Below, piece by piece: positions 55,080-55,930 of a DNA stretch of 55,930 nt (positions are counted from its first letter, which is position 1; each line of letters opens with the position of its first letter). Source of the DNA: Coriobacteriales bacterium (GTDB lineage Bacteria > Actinomycetota > Coriobacteriia > Coriobacteriales > QAMH01); assembly GCA_051876105.1 (NCBI GenBank), contig JBJEHN010000106.1, forward strand, positions 1 through 55,930, in the 5' to 3' direction. The translations under genes and the position numbers were made by a program. The notes under the pieces are model-generated. The model did no database searches, was not told the DNA's origin, and was given only the letters and a program-made list of their open reading frames with translations.

Positions 55080-55786
55080 GTCTTCTCGAACTGGCGGATG
55101 TAGAACACCGCGGGCTGCGTGCCTTCCTCCGGCTTGAGCACCTGGGGCTCGTAGGACTGCGTCAGCCCGTAGACCTCGCCGTAGATGTCCTCTATGTTGC
55201 CGAAGATGCGCGCCCCCGCCGGGCAGGAGTCCACGCAGTAGGGGTTGTCGCCGCTGTAGACCAGCTGCTTGCACATCTGGCACTTCAGCGGGCCGCCGGG
55301 CTTGGTGTTAGGCAGGCTGTAGGCGTCCAAGATGGGGTCGTGCGAAGGGAATCCCGCGCCCACCTGCTCCTGCACGGCCGCGCCGCTGGCGCTGCAGCCC
55401 TCGATCAGCTCCTCCACCGCGCCCACCTGCTGCGCAGCGCTCTGCCCGCCAACACGCGTAATGGCCCCGTACGGGCAGGCAGCCGCGCACAGCCCGCAGG
55501 CCACGCACTGCTGCGGCGTGTGCACCGTGAGCCCGTACTCGTCTTTGTGCATGGCGCCGGTGGGGCAGGCTTTGACGCAGGCCGCCTTGGTGCAGTGGTT
55601 GCACATGACCGGGCGGTAGCTGTACTCGACGTTTGGGAAGGTGCCCACCGTCTGGTTGATGTGGTAGCTCAGAAACGAGCCCGCAGGCACCTCGTTGTGC
55701 GTCTTGCAGGCAATCTCGCACGCGCCGCAACCCACGCAGCGATGCAGGTCGATCACCATCGCGTAGCGCGTCCTCCGCTCAGCCAT
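55073..55786 (-). CDS. 4Fe-4S subunit, ArrB-like
   Basis: MVIDLHRCVGCGAC, 'HINQTVGTFPNVEY', CNHC...CPTGAMHKD..GLT, long insert before KCQMC, 'LKPEEGTQPAVFYIRQF'. Confidence 0.85.
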   Translation of the reverse strand: MAERRTRYAMVIDLHRCVGCGACEIACKTHNEVPAGSFLSYHINQTVGTFPNVEYSYRPVMCNHCTKAACVKACPTGAMHKDEYGLTVHTPQQCVACGLCAAACPYGAITRVGGQSAAQQVGAVEELIEGCSASGAAVQEQVGAGFPSHDPILDAYSLPNTKPGGPLKCQMCKQLVYSGDNPYCVDSCPAGARIFGNIEDIYGEVYGLTQSYEPQVLKPEEGTQPAVFYIRQFEKTW

Positions 55787-55930
55787 TACTCGCTCACCTC
55801 CTTGCTACCGGCCAATGCGGCCCTCTCCTTCTCCTTAACCGGGCCGGCCACGGGGTTGGCAGCCCTCTCGACCCTCACGCGCGCAAAGCCGCCGTGGCGG
55901 GCGGTGTTGCTCGAGATGTGGTCGTAAACG
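55786..55930 (-). CDS. C-terminal end of Mo-oxidoreductase catalytic subunit (ArrA/ArxA-like), partial
   Basis: Hand translation VYDHISSNTARHGGFARVRVERA...KEVSE*; TAATG coupling to the Fe-S gene. Confidence 0.65.
   Translation of the reverse strand, partial: VYDHISSNTARHGGFARVRVERAANPVAGPVKEKERAALAGSKEVSE

Overview
High-GC bacterial DNA whose gene content (transmembrane LuxR regulators, many DMSO-reductase-family Mo enzymes) suggests Eggerthellaceae/Coriobacteriia; this is an inference. Bases 1-25.4 kb form a mostly minus-strand supercluster. It holds three paralogous Tat-less, anchor-less Mo enzyme + small Fe-S subunit pairs resembling the catechol dehydroxylase (Hcdh/Cadh-like) clade, plus three MFS transporters, two membrane-bound LuxR sensors, an amidohydrolase, a trigger-factor paralog, a signal-less ApbE flavin transferase, a Mop protein and several small Cys-rich proteins. 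One Cys-rich protein has two CxxCxxCxxC motifs and two flavinylation-like motifs; with ApbE it is the best candidate for an undescribed system (a cytoplasmic FMNylated Fe-S electron carrier). A shared 19-bp operator-like palindrome links these genes. Bases 25.4-36.7 kb carry a GGDEF/EAL pair, two respiratory operons gutted by internal deletions, ogt with tandem LexA boxes, and an AraC regulator. Bases 36.9-50.3 kb are a ~13 kb island flanked by a 172-bp direct repeat of a flavodoxin gene 5' end; it carries decayed tyrosine recombinases, a LysR/FAD-oxidoreductase unit and a PadBCD-like Mo complex with FdhD. The window ends with a PocR hybrid kinase and the distal part of an ArrAB-like operon. 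Four REP-like hairpin repeats were found; no tRNA, rRNA or CRISPR array was seen. All family calls are from motif recognition by eye, not database searches.
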